The notes under the pieces were generated by a model. That model saw only the letters and a list, made by a program, of their open reading frames with translations. It ran no database searches and was not told the DNA's origin. A DNA stretch of 62,559 bases, filler included, from Globobulimina sp. (Eukaryota): NCBI GenBank assembly GCA_003354225.1. It is 13 parts of 13 records of this genome, joined end to end, with 100 filler letters (N's around TTAATTAATTAA, not from the genome) between each part and the next. Parts side by side here need not be neighbours in the genome. Positions count along the whole stretch, not along the records: positions 43,408 to 48,122 come from PIVH01000978.1; positions 48,223 to 52,937 come from PIVH01000979.1; positions 53,038 to 57,749 come from PIVH01000980.1; 10 more parts are not named here. One strand, written 5' to 3'. Numbering within the stretch: position 1 is the first letter of the stretch; the number at the start of each line of letters is the position of its first letter. This document shows positions 43,408 through 54,137 of this stretch, one piece after another. A program made the position numbers and the translations under genes.

Positions 43408-45003
43408 ATAACGCACCTTCTCAATCAATATAACATCGCCAATCGAATAGGGATTTAATATGAAAATAAAATACATTGACTCCAAAAACTGTTTCAATAA
43501 ATGTCCACCAAAGATAGCACAAACCGCAATCATGGCAGCATACATTGTCAACGTTTGCTCAAAAGAATCATTAAAAATCAATAAATACAGAAACAATAAG
43601 AAAAATATTATCATAAAATTGGTGCAGATGTCCAAATTAACCAAGATATCTTCATACGAATTTACAGTCTGTTTCAAATATATTAAATCATGGAAATATG
43701 TGGTTAGCCATCGCTGCAACTCCGTCAATGTCAATTTGTTATCTTTAATGTGAATCATATTCATTGTTTTCCAGGCAGTCAGCGCATTTTTTGCATTTTC
43801 AAAGCATTCAAAAAACTCTGCTTCTTCAATATATTGTTTGTTACGCTTATCGAATTCTAATTTTTCCTTCGTTGAGGTCTTCGAGTTAACACTGGCTTTA
43901 TACAAAGCAATTGATGGCTGATCAATTACTGTGGACGCTAATTTATTTTGCTTTACATTAAATATTATATATTGCGCAAATCTTTCACATAATTTATTCA
44001 ATCGGTTATCACTGATAATCCGGACTTGATTTGTCTTCATATCATAGTGCCATAATAAAAAAGTTAATTTTGTATCAATATCGGTCAGTGTTTGCATATA
44101 TTTTTGAAATATTTCTAAAGAGAAACTTTGCGTATTATACGGCAATCCCATTTTTCTCCGCCGTTGGTTGTTATTGCTGCGATAAATATCATTGATATTT
44201 ATAAAATCATTCACTTCGATGGAGAAAATCTGATCTGTTTTTAACAATATTTTTAACCAAATTCCATACCTCCGCATATCTACCAACTTTACCAAATGTG
44301 GAGATAAATAATATTTGAATAAGAGATGTCGAATGAATATAATTTTCATGAATAAACAGAGCAGCAAAATAATCAAACACCATAATATATCTTTAATTAA
44401 TTGCATCACCGTCGCACTCTCAGTAAAGTCAAAGATATCATGGTATCTGGAATGTATATTGTTGTGTGTATGGAACATTAAAATGTACACAAATATCAAT
44501 ACAATGGCCAAAGATAAGTACTTCTCAGAATGTTTGGTATAAAATATAATTTTATTCATATTCACCATAGATTTGGAGTTATCCTTTGCTGTGTGGCAAC
44601 ATTTACATTTGGTGCTATCCGCAGCGCACACCAACAATGAAAAGGATATCAGCTTATAAGTCAATATAAATAATACTAAAACAGTGATATTTAGCAAAAT
44701 AAATTCAACTCTGACCACCCAAATATCTGGCGACTCTGCAGAAAATGTGCAGGATAATACAATGTAAATAGTGGATATCAATATGAATATAATGGGTGTT
44801 ATATATTTCTTGAACCAAAGACACATGAAAACCTGTGTTGCTTTACTTTTTATACTGTGCTCTTCGTCTGAATCTTGTAAGAAGTCTTCAATAGAACTTA
44901 ATTGTTCAATTTTAAAATGGACTGCATTCTTATGCATCGGCGTAGTGGATTCATTACGTTTGGAAGTATCGTAAACTTTGTCGTGTAATACAGTTTGCTT
45001 CAT
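43408..45003 (-). CDS. MscS-like mechanosensitive channel, 3'-partial
   Basis: Multiple TMs, an EF-hand-like region, and terminal IFGGHLLKQFLESMYFIFILNPYSIGDVILI (MSL motif). Confidence 0.8.
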
Positions 45004-45199
45004 CAGCTGTTTGAATTCATTTGCTTCATTGTCAGAGGAAGAATAATCTGAACAATTGTCAATGGATTGTGCCTGTTCGTCATGTATTATTAGTTCAATT
45101 TCTGCTTGTTTGACTTCATCATTTGTGGGCGTGGTTCTGTCGGATTAGTATTTAAATTTTGAAGTAAGCCAGACCCAAACTATCACAACATAGAAAATC

Positions 45200-46177
45200 A
45201 TGACAACAGATAGCAAGCATCCACACTCTATGTTACAACGTGAATTGGTTGTAAAACTCCGCATGCTCCAAAAAAGCACAGTATTCATCTCAAATCTACC
45301 CGAAACCATTTTTGATGCGCGGATACTGTCATCATACTTTGGTAAATTTGGTGATATTGTAGATATCTCATTGAGTTCATCAGCTTATAACTGTTATTGG
45401 GCAAAAATAAAATATGATAATCCACAATCCGCAATGAAAGCAATTAATTTCGTAAATAATGTTTTTGCCGATACATTATGTAAAGCGACTTATGGATATC
45501 GCAAATATTGCAGATTTTGGTTGAATAATAGTTGTACAGAGCCAAATTGCAATTATCTGCATTCTTGGTGCGATATAAATGAACTTAATAATGTTGTGAC
45601 TCCTACAATGTTGAAGAGATTTGCTTCTTTTGGTATTAACAATAAATTTGGTTTAACATCAACACAATTGCAAACTAATGGAACTTTGACGGATTTGAAT
45701 CAATGTAAACAACAAAATAAATACATTGCATCTCCAGAGAATAATCAAATGCAACAGCAACAAATGAATGAATTGATAATGCAAATACAACAAACACAAC
45801 ATTCATTGAGTAATGTGTTGCAATCTTATAATACATTAAAATTAAAATATAAAAGGTTAGAGATTAAATATTGTGATTTGGAGAACAAATATAATGATAT
45901 CGTGTCGTGTACGGATAAAGAAACTAATATAAATTATATATCATGGGATTCAGCAGATATTTATGATTGGATTATGACAATTAATAATAGACATTTTCAA
46001 AAATATAAGGACTTATCTATGAATTTATTGCATGAGGAAATTGATGGTGAATGTTTGAGTCAATTGGATAGAAACGATTTGCATAGACTTGGTATCAAAA
46101 CGTTTAATGATAAGATTTTATTGTTGGACAGTATTGTAAATCTTGTCAATAATTGTAATGGCAATGTTAATATATGA
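45200..46177 (+). CDS. NOT4-like RRM and CCCH finger, coiled coil and SAM domain protein
   Basis: VFISNLP, YFGKFGDI, ATYGYRKYCRFWLNNSCTEPNCNYLH, then WDSADIYDWI..EEIDGECL..LHRLGI (SAM). Confidence 0.8.
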   Translation: MTTDSKHPHSMLQRELVVKLRMLQKSTVFISNLPETIFDARILSSYFGKFGDIVDISLSSSAYNCYWAKIKYDNPQSAMKAINFVNNVFADTLCKATYGYRKYCRFWLNNSCTEPNCNYLHSWCDINELNNVVTPTMLKRFASFGINNKFGLTSTQLQTNGTLTDLNQCKQQNKYIASPENNQMQQQQMNELIMQIQQTQHSLSNVLQSYNTLKLKYKRLEIKYCDLENKYNDIVSCTDKETNINYISWDSADIYDWIMTINNRHFQKYKDLSMNLLHEEIDGECLSQLDRNDLHRLGIKTFNDKILLLDSIVNLVNNCNGNVNI

Positions 46178-46396
46178 AGGGCTTAAGGACTGATTGTAGG
46201 AAGATTGTACTTTTGGAGCATTAAATTAGTTTTATTGTATAGTAATTTATTGTAAATTATTTTTTATGTCTCACATCAATAGAATGCTTGAAACACTATA
46301 TAGCAAATGGTGAACGCTTCAAACACTTGTTTTCGATGACTAAAAAAAAAATTAAAAATATATTGGTTAAAAACACATCAAAAAAGTCAATCTAAT

Positions 46397-48121
46397 TCAT
46401 AACAACGGTGTAAGTTCACTATATTTGACTGATTGCCTGTTATCATAAAAATCCTTAAAATAATTAAAACAATAATACGTTGATGGAATGATAACAATTA
46501 TAAGCACCAATAAGAATAAAATAAATCCAAAATAATTCATCATTATCAATGCAGGGCCAATATCACTAATAATATCACCAATAATTAACAATGATTCACA
46601 TTCCTTCTCATTATTATTAACATCACCAATATGTGAATATAAACCATCATCAAATAAACATCCAACATGTCCAACAATACAATTTATATTAATATTATTA
46701 GTATTCTCATTATTATTATCCACCACAACTTGATACAACTCATCATCATATATTCTAATTGCACATACTTCCGGTATTAAATTAGGATAACTCTCTGTTG
46801 TATATTTGGATGACTTTACTAATCCTTTACCAGCAAAAATATTATTTATCTCAATCTGGCTGTCCTCACTTATTTGTATTTGCGTATCATACCACAAAGC
46901 GATGGCAAATGATAAGCCAGTTTTTGAGATGAGATTATTTAATTTAATATTCTCAAATATTATATTTTTGGCAAAAGTTAAACTTAATCCATTCACCATA
47001 TTCATACTATAACCATTCATATACGGCGCTTGCTGTGAGACCACATTTTCATACGTACCGCCTAATAAACTTCCAATCTCTGTTTCACTCCAAATATTTT
47101 CAATTTTAACATTATTCAATTCGCCGTTGTTCACACCATTTAAGCGCAAGGCAATGACACCTTTTCCAGGATGAATCATTGGATCGTGGCTGGTGACTAA
47201 TAATGGCGAGTATTGAATGAATTGTTGATTCTCGAACGCAAACTGTGATAATGAGTTCATATCTGCTGCGCCGCCGGAACAATAATCCCAACTTAATCCG
47301 TAATCATTAATCAATTTAAATGCAAATATTTGAATATCTGCCATTGCATTACCGATATATTTTAAATCAAAGTCAATACATTCTTCACTATGTCCATTCT
47401 CCTCCACATAATTATGACAATTTGATATTTTCGCCACTTGTTCATCTCCAAATATATGAAAGGCATTAAAAGGCGCAGCTAAACAATTTAGAATTCTTTG
47501 TTTGCCGACGGATTCGCCCTGAGAGATGGCAATATTTTCATATGTATTATGATATAAATCATGAATAACAACGTTTTCAAGTAAAATATGCTCCGATTTG
47601 ACGTTATCACTCCCCGCAAACCAACCAATTACATTCGAACCGACATAATTTAAAAATATACCGTATAAAGTTGCCGTTTGTGGTGTTTGTTTAGCATTTA
47701 TTAACACATTTAAATCGATATTATTTTCATCAATTTTCTTATCAAACACTGCATATTCAAATGCCATATCTAATAACTGCTGCAAATCATTGATTAAATC
47801 GTTCATCGTCACACATTTCTCTCTACCATAAAACGTTAAACATAAATTATTGACAACCTCTTCGTTTTCGTCTCTCATTCGTTTATAAGTGGATAATAAA
47901 TGTCTCATTTGCGAGTAATACGGTGATAACTTATCAATAATAACATTATGCCCAATATCTACATTTTTAATGTGAATATTATTAAATCCATTAAATTGAA
48001 TACCATGTGTTTTAAACGAATGAATGGCAACATCTTCAATCAATATATTTTTATTAAAATTCCCGTGAATGCCATGATGTGAACTTAATCCTAACTCACC
48101 ATTACGAATAATAACATTTTC
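46397..48121 (-). CDS. Right-handed beta-helix membrane-anchored protein, 5'-partial
   Basis: Frame is open to contig end (NVIIRNGELGLSSHHGIHGN), with repeated I.NV.I units, a C-terminal TM and a YSELTPLL sorting-like motif. Confidence 0.7.
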   Translation of the reverse strand, partial: ENVIIRNGELGLSSHHGIHGNFNKNILIEDVAIHSFKTHGIQFNGFNNIHIKNVDIGHNVIIDKLSPYYSQMRHLLSTYKRMRDENEEVVNNLCLTFYGREKCVTMNDLINDLQQLLDMAFEYAVFDKKIDENNIDLNVLINAKQTPQTATLYGIFLNYVGSNVIGWFAGSDNVKSEHILLENVVIHDLYHNTYENIAISQGESVGKQRILNCLAAPFNAFHIFGDEQVAKISNCHNYVEENGHSEECIDFDLKYIGNAMADIQIFAFKLINDYGLSWDYCSGGAADMNSLSQFAFENQQFIQYSPLLVTSHDPMIHPGKGVIALRLNGVNNGELNNVKIENIWSETEIGSLLGGTYENVVSQQAPYMNGYSMNMVNGLSLTFAKNIIFENIKLNNLISKTGLSFAIALWYDTQIQISEDSQIEINNIFAGKGLVKSSKYTTESYPNLIPEVCAIRIYDDELYQVVVDNNNENTNNININCIVGHVGCLFDDGLYSHIGDVNNNEKECESLLIIGDIISDIGPALIMMNYFGFILFLLVLIIVIIPSTYYCFNYFKDFYDNRQSVKYSELTPLL

Positions 48122-48222
48122 GNNNNNNNNNNNNNNNNNNNNNNNNNNNNNNNNNNNNNNNNNNNNTTAATTAATTAANNNNNNNNNNNNNNNNNNNNNN
48201 NNNNNNNNNNNNNNNNNNNNNN

Positions 48223-51200
48223 TTTTCCCCAACTTGGCACACAAGTGCTCGGACATTAACTTAATAAATAAACACATTGCTGAATGACATATAACATAAG
48301 CTTTGTCAAACAACACATAAAAACACAACAAACAAAAATAACAAAGCCTGACCAAGATTGTGTGAGGAAATTAATAGCATTAAATAAGATACCAATCTAT
48401 AGATGATTATTAAAATAAAAATATTGAGCATAATGTTCCAGAATAGCTATAGCGTTCTCCTTTTGTAGTTTTCCCAATAATTTCCGATAAATAAAGCATT
48501 TTTGTTGATCTTTGTCCAAGTTTTTATCTCTGCATTTTGCATCAATGATGAAATTCAACGTTTGCCTACTTTCGTAGTTAACGCCTCCCATACATTCGAA
48601 TATCAACGGTTTGTATTTATAGTTCAAATTATCATTTTCAATGATTGCTTGATACTTTCGTGTTTTTGTGGCATAATATAAATCGGCACAAACCAATCTA
48701 TTAGCTCCACATTTGTCCAGTTTATTGTCTCTATTAATGGTTCCGATGTCGCTCACGATGTTCGTAATACCTACATCGAGCGCTCCATCATAATTTGGAA
48801 ATAGTTTATATACCATTATGTCGGCTGGTTTCTTGCATGTATCCTCGACTAAGCCGTTCAATTCCAATTCACATTTAAAGCCGGCTCCTTTGCAGATATC
48901 CATGACAGCACAGGCCATGGCATTATGTCTACCAATTCTGCCATGACCAAACGAGCAATTTAATCCATGGTCGCCATAGATGTCCAACTCAGCTGTACAT
49001 AGTAAACAATCGGCACTTTCTTTCATAATCGGCATATTCAGTCTTCGTTTGATAAGAATCCGAAATTGGATGTTATCAAAATCTATGCCAAAGCCGACCG
49101 ATGGATTGACTTTCAGCCATGAATCACACTTCCAATTCGAGATCGATTTTAATACTGCTTTGCCGCGAGCGTCATATATGCGGTACAACTCACTCAGGTA
49201 GGTCTTGTCGATGCGGTCAATAAGTTCAGACTGTGTGATATGGACTGTTGCATCGTTTAAATCATGCAAATCCACTTTAAACTGCGATAATACTTTGGTG
49301 TTATAATTATTTAGGGCCAGCTCTTGCATATTTTGAATAAAATTGTTTGAAAAGTCAATGATGTCTTTGTCCAATAATAGCTTCAGTACAGTGCCCACAT
49401 TTGAGTTACAAGAAAGGAATGCCGCGCTATGAAATTGGTTAATTGTGCGCATGCTTAGACCGCCTCGTTTGCACGAAATGCTCGCATGTTTTATGGCTAT
49501 GTCGGACATGGATTCACCTATGATTTTATTGTATAATCCAATGAAAATCTCATCAAATGCGCGTTGCCATTTATTTATACCTAAAAATGACAGATTCCGC
49601 GCCAAGTAATTGATTTTATTGATATTGTAAAAATTTGATAATAAAATGTATTGATGATGGACTGATTTGAGTTTTTCGATCATTTTGATATTTTCTAACC
49701 ATTTCGTGATTTTATCAAACATAAATTTGTCCACATCCTTCTTAGTGCCAATTCGAACGCCCATAACTTCAAAAGATCCTTTCTCCAAAATTTTCAAATT
49801 GGTGAAATCCACTTTGTCCGCACCCGGAACATCTAAGGCATTCACGAAATCAATGTCGGATAAGATTGTGTCGTATAACTCATCCAATGTCTTGCCAATA
49901 ATTAATTGAGTTTTGTTATCTTTTAAATTTAATCCGAATTTCAATGCGATTTGATTATACACTCTTAAATAAATTAAATTAAATACATTCTTTGCCAATT
50001 GTCCATTATCATCAATGTAATAAGCTCTTCCTTTGATTTTGTAGTTACTTAATAACGACAAACATTTTTGTTTGACCTGCAGCTCAATTTCACGTTGAAC
50101 CAACGCCAAACTATAACCAGATGTGATTCTGCCTTGTATTCCGCCATTGCGATGATATAAAACTGTACCGTCAGCCAAGAATATTTTGGTTGGATTCTTG
50201 TACATACTGAACATTAATGGGTACAAATTCGGTACGTGTTTTGCGTACAATTTCAGTGTTTCTTCATTGTTAATCGAATTATAACAATTTTCAATATCTG
50301 TCTGCAGCAAACTGTATGTCTCCGACTCCGATTTTGAATCAATATCAACGTCATCGTCAGAATCTGGGTTTGCCGCAGGTTTATAACTGTTTGAATGTTG
50401 CATGAAAAAACTTGCACGGCGATGCATGTCAATCATGGCCTCGGCTCCTCGTTTTACGCCAATTCCTATCTGGGCCGGGTCGATATTTGCGTGCAATTCA
50501 GATTGATTTATATTCGTTGCCTCCGACTCTGCCAATCTTCCAAACATATCAGAAATGCCAATGGGTCGGATATCAGGTTTAGTGCCAATGGGCGCGTCCT
50601 TTTTAATCGGTTTATTTAATAATACTTCTCTGACGCCCCAAAAGTACGGACATATGAAATCCGGACAGTCGCCGTTCATGATGATATTAAGGAATTTAAT
50701 TAACGGCGCTGTGAGTTTGATTACATTACGAATTGTCCAAAGTTGTTGGAGGACTTTGACATTCAATATATTGATGCCTCCAGATGCCAATTTATTTAAT
50801 TTACTAAAAATAATGTCCAATCTCAGCTCATTTGTAATTAATTTGACTGTACGTAGCGACTTAATTCTCTTCAAAGGTTTGCCCGGTTTTAATTTTAATT
50901 TGTTTATGTTTTCTTCGGTCAGGGCAGCAACGCCATGACTTTTCAAGACATCATTGGCTCGTTTTACATATCCTAAACGGAGATATTTTTCACATTTGTT
51001 TAATTTATATTTTTCAATACGTTTTGCGTCGCTCTCTTTGTTTAATTTTGTTTCCATGTTTTTTTCCAATTTGATTTGATTTCTTTTTGTTTCATCCCAT
51101 AACTCAATGAAGCGACCATCTTTCCACATTTTTATTTTTCGTTTAAATGATGCATCAATTCGAGCAATGTGTTTTTTTCCCGAACGGAGTGGTTTCTGTC

Positions 51201-52176
51201 GAAAAATTTTAAATAACATAAAAAATTTAATCCACGGCAACCAATCTTTTCGTGTTTTGGTGTTATTACATTTGTGCAATATGGCTGTAAATAATTGGCC
51301 AATTTGCACTAAATGTTTGACCGGAAAGTTCTCAGTCTTATAAATGTTTAATTTTGCGATTTCTTCCAATAAATGTTCGTTGCTCAATGATCCACTGTCA
51401 ATATTTTGCAATACAGCGTCTTTTTCGTCATCTTTTCCGTCTGAAAACGCTGCAGAATCATCAATTGGTGGTGGACTATAATCGTTGCTGTGATCTAATG
51501 ATTTAAAAATAAAATTGTTGTAGCATAATGAGCACATATTGTTGTTTGAATTTAATTTGATTATTCTTTTACAATTAGGGCCGCTGCATTGTATGTAATT
51601 AAATACTGATTTAAAACAACTGTCCCGATGCGATTCGTAATGGCGTATAAAGTGTTTGATGAATACACCTAAATATTTATATATTTTATCAAAGCACGGA
51701 CAGTCCGGAATGTCGCATTTATAGCTCGTCCGTTGTGTGCGTGTTGTACATATTTTGCATACGAATGCATTGATAAATACTTCTTCTCCTTCACTGATCT
51801 TCGAACAGTTTAAATGGATCTTTTTGTGGCAAACAGTGCAACACAAATGGACATCGTTCAAAGTGTGGGCACAAATATCACAATCAATATCTTTTAATTC
51901 TTGTTCGTCTGATTTAACTTCAACAATTTCAATGGTATTAATTGGATGCATTGGAACATCCTCCTTTTGCTGATTTGCTGTAAATAATGGATTATCAATG
52001 AATGTATCATCACACTCAACGTCCTGCAATGCCAAAATACCATTGCTGGCACTTCCGGCTTTGACTCTGCGTCGTTTGCGAAGCTGTGATACTAATAAAC
52101 AGTCAGTGTCATGATCAAAATTGTTCTGCGGCGGACATGGTCTTTTCCGGACATTTTTCTTCGCCGACTTTTGCAT
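48223..52176 (-). mobile_element. Second CRE-clade (RLE-type) non-LTR retrotransposon
   Basis: Intact 1259-aa ORF. The T-rich 3' UTR ends in AAAA at the contig edge. Confidence 0.85.
48397..52176 (-). CDS. PHD finger, C2H2, reverse transcriptase and restriction-like endonuclease polyprotein
   Basis: PHD CDIC..CTVC...H..C..FVCKIC. RT IRPIGI, QIGIGVKRGAE, DIENCYN, GGIQG, YIDD, RGGL. RLE CLLC..DH..NC, RHN, E, KPAD, LDV, K..KY, PLIFECMGG. Confidence 0.92.
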   Translation of the reverse strand: MQKSAKKNVRKRPCPPQNNFDHDTDCLLVSQLRKRRRVKAGSASNGILALQDVECDDTFIDNPLFTANQQKEDVPMHPINTIEIVEVKSDEQELKDIDCDICAHTLNDVHLCCTVCHKKIHLNCSKISEGEEVFINAFVCKICTTRTQRTSYKCDIPDCPCFDKIYKYLGVFIKHFIRHYESHRDSCFKSVFNYIQCSGPNCKRIIKLNSNNNMCSLCYNNFIFKSLDHSNDYSPPPIDDSAAFSDGKDDEKDAVLQNIDSGSLSNEHLLEEIAKLNIYKTENFPVKHLVQIGQLFTAILHKCNNTKTRKDWLPWIKFFMLFKIFRQKPLRSGKKHIARIDASFKRKIKMWKDGRFIELWDETKRNQIKLEKNMETKLNKESDAKRIEKYKLNKCEKYLRLGYVKRANDVLKSHGVAALTEENINKLKLKPGKPLKRIKSLRTVKLITNELRLDIIFSKLNKLASGGINILNVKVLQQLWTIRNVIKLTAPLIKFLNIIMNGDCPDFICPYFWGVREVLLNKPIKKDAPIGTKPDIRPIGISDMFGRLAESEATNINQSELHANIDPAQIGIGVKRGAEAMIDMHRRASFFMQHSNSYKPAANPDSDDDVDIDSKSESETYSLLQTDIENCYNSINNEETLKLYAKHVPNLYPLMFSMYKNPTKIFLADGTVLYHRNGGIQGRITSGYSLALVQREIELQVKQKCLSLLSNYKIKGRAYYIDDNGQLAKNVFNLIYLRVYNQIALKFGLNLKDNKTQLIIGKTLDELYDTILSDIDFVNALDVPGADKVDFTNLKILEKGSFEVMGVRIGTKKDVDKFMFDKITKWLENIKMIEKLKSVHHQYILLSNFYNINKINYLARNLSFLGINKWQRAFDEIFIGLYNKIIGESMSDIAIKHASISCKRGGLSMRTINQFHSAAFLSCNSNVGTVLKLLLDKDIIDFSNNFIQNMQELALNNYNTKVLSQFKVDLHDLNDATVHITQSELIDRIDKTYLSELYRIYDARGKAVLKSISNWKCDSWLKVNPSVGFGIDFDNIQFRILIKRRLNMPIMKESADCLLCTAELDIYGDHGLNCSFGHGRIGRHNAMACAVMDICKGAGFKCELELNGLVEDTCKKPADIMVYKLFPNYDGALDVGITNIVSDIGTINRDNKLDKCGANRLVCADLYYATKTRKYQAIIENDNLNYKYKPLIFECMGGVNYESRQTLNFIIDAKCRDKNLDKDQQKCFIYRKLLGKLQKENAIAILEHYAQYFYFNNHL

Positions 52177-52805
52177 TCTACGTCCATTCCTTGTAAGTGT
52201 TGATACAAAAGTTCTTCATCTTTATAATCAATTACCACTGTTGATGCTTGAATGATTTGTCGTCTGCTATACCCTTTTTGCATCAATCTGTTTACAAGAT
52301 TTTCATCATATTTTGCATTTTTGTGGTCAAAATCGAGTTGACCTTTTAATATAATTCCGTTCAAATATGTTTGTTTTGTGTTATTTTGATTTGATTTGAG
52401 ACGTATAATTAAATATTTTGTTTGTCTAAAATTCAATTTAATAGCTTGCTCTTTTTTTGAAGTAGCATATTCAATAATTTTATCTGGTTTAGTTGAGGAT
52501 GTACTAATATTTGAATTCAATGAATTGTAAATATATATTAATTTGGGTGGAGATGTTTCAATATCTTTATTTATAGTCACTACCATTGGTAATGAAATCA
52601 ATGTCATTTCTTCCACTTCGAGTATAGAGTTGAATGTGATATTTATTATCATTTCTTGATTATTATTTGATATTATAAAGAATTTGGGTGATGTTTTATT
52701 ATTAAAACGATTAATGATCAGTTTATGTGGAACAATTGTTGATAAATGTTTGCAATAATTCGTCACAGAACATGATTGAACAAATCTGGACAGATCTGCG
52801 CCCAT
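52092..52805 (-). CDS. PITH domain and UBA-like protein overlapping the retroelement ORF
   Basis: SNNNQEMIINITF, SPPKLIYIY, IRLKSNQNNTKQTYLNGIILKG (PITH-like) and LVNRLMQKGYSRRQIIQA (UBA-like). Confidence 0.65.
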   Translation of the reverse strand: MGADLSRFVQSCSVTNYCKHLSTIVPHKLIINRFNNKTSPKFFIISNNNQEMIINITFNSILEVEEMTLISLPMVVTINKDIETSPPKLIYIYNSLNSNISTSSTKPDKIIEYATSKKEQAIKLNFRQTKYLIIRLKSNQNNTKQTYLNGIILKGQLDFDHKNAKYDENLVNRLMQKGYSRRQIIQASTVVIDYKDEELLYQHLQGMDVECKSRRRKMSGKDHVRRRTILIMTLTVY

Positions 52806-53037
52806 TGTATGGCGTATATTGTGCTTGTTTTTGATTCTAAGTTTTGTCTGATTTATTCAATGGACAAAAAGATTTATGGTGTATCAATCGTTTACATACT
52901 GATGACTTTATAATGGCCTTAACCCACAAGGTTTTTTNNNNNNNNNNNNNNNNNNNNNNNNNNNNNNNNNNNNNNNNNNNNTTAATTAATTAANNNNNNN
53001 NNNNNNNNNNNNNNNNNNNNNNNNNNNNNNNNNNNNN

Positions 53038-54053
53038 ACAATGTCTGCTGAAAAATGTGATTATTTCTTGATCCTTTTTCTGTGAATAGATTTTTGAATC
53101 ATATTCGTATACTTTCAACATATCCGCTGCAAATCTACAGCTTGCATTCTCGAGATAATATACCAAATCCTTTACAGAATAACTCTCAAATGCAAATTCT
53201 TTCCGTTTTTGATCCCTGATTTGATCTGAAATATACATCGCAAATAATACATTTTTACATTTTAACTCATTTCGAAGAAACTCCTCAATGTTATCTTTCT
53301 CCAATGCTTTCATAATTTGTTTTCCATTGATATTACATGTCAAGATTCTCTTTTTCATTGTTTTTACAATTTGAGATTCTGTCAGCTGTCGCGAACATGT
53401 TCGAACATGCTCATAAAAGCTAGTTTGGTCCAATGTTTCCAATCTATTTCTGTTCGTATTTGAAAACATATTTTGCGAACAATCAACTGTAGAATTTCTT
53501 GGATGTTGAAAATAAAAATTCACCACAACGTGCAACACTAACGGCGGAATATCGTCAGTTAATAAGTTGCAGCCTCCTAAAAATGTCTTAATCATAAATA
53601 AAGCGCGATAATAACCTTTTTGTCGCAACATTTGGAATGAATATCTAGTGGCTAATAACCCAACCAATGTTTCCAAAACTAATGAAAATTCAACAAATAT
53701 ATCACAAAACATCACTTAGAGATTTGTTAACTGTAAAAAATATTCAATGTTGGAGACCAATCTGTGCCAATTACTTCAGAACAAACTGTCCCATCAGACA
53801 TTTCTACAGCAGGATGATCGATTGCTGTTTCAAATTGTATTTTAGGTGCTTGCATAGGATATCTTTCCGAAAAAGTAAGTTTTACGTTAAAGATAGTATC
53901 TGCATATAGCGATTCTTCAGGACCTTTAATTTTCGCAATCCATTGTAACATATCTTTGGTTGGGTGAGCTTCTGCGTTTGGTAAAGAATATTTCTTCAAT
54001 TTTACATGTTCTTTTCGTAACCGTCTGATTGCTTTGCTGTTTGTATGTGACAT
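53038..54053 (-). CDS. Ubiquitin-conjugating enzyme (E2) with long C-terminal extension, 3'-partial; intron 53679-53731
   Basis: AIRRLRKE, W...IKGP.ESLY, YPMQAPKIQF, HPAV..GTVC..DWSP. A phase-1 intron continues into ORF 53715. Confidence 0.85.
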
Positions 54054-54137
54054 TGTTAAAAAAAGCGACTGTAGCAAATAAAAATGAAAAATGATGCTAG
54101 GGAAAAATGTTTTTAAAAATTTGAAAGTTACACGTAA

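Noticed and set aside
45004-45144. Open frame upstream of the MscS-like ATG
   Set aside because: 47 codons without ATG, bounded by TAA; a non-AUG start, an upstream exon and chance cannot be told apart.
48223-48290. Shared 3'-terminal hairpin between the two retroelements
   Set aside because: Only 4-bp stems and weak AT-rich similarity; not convincing without more copies.
34033-54053. Two unrelated proteins both begin MSHTNS
   Set aside because: Codons differ and similarity stops after six residues; probably chance.
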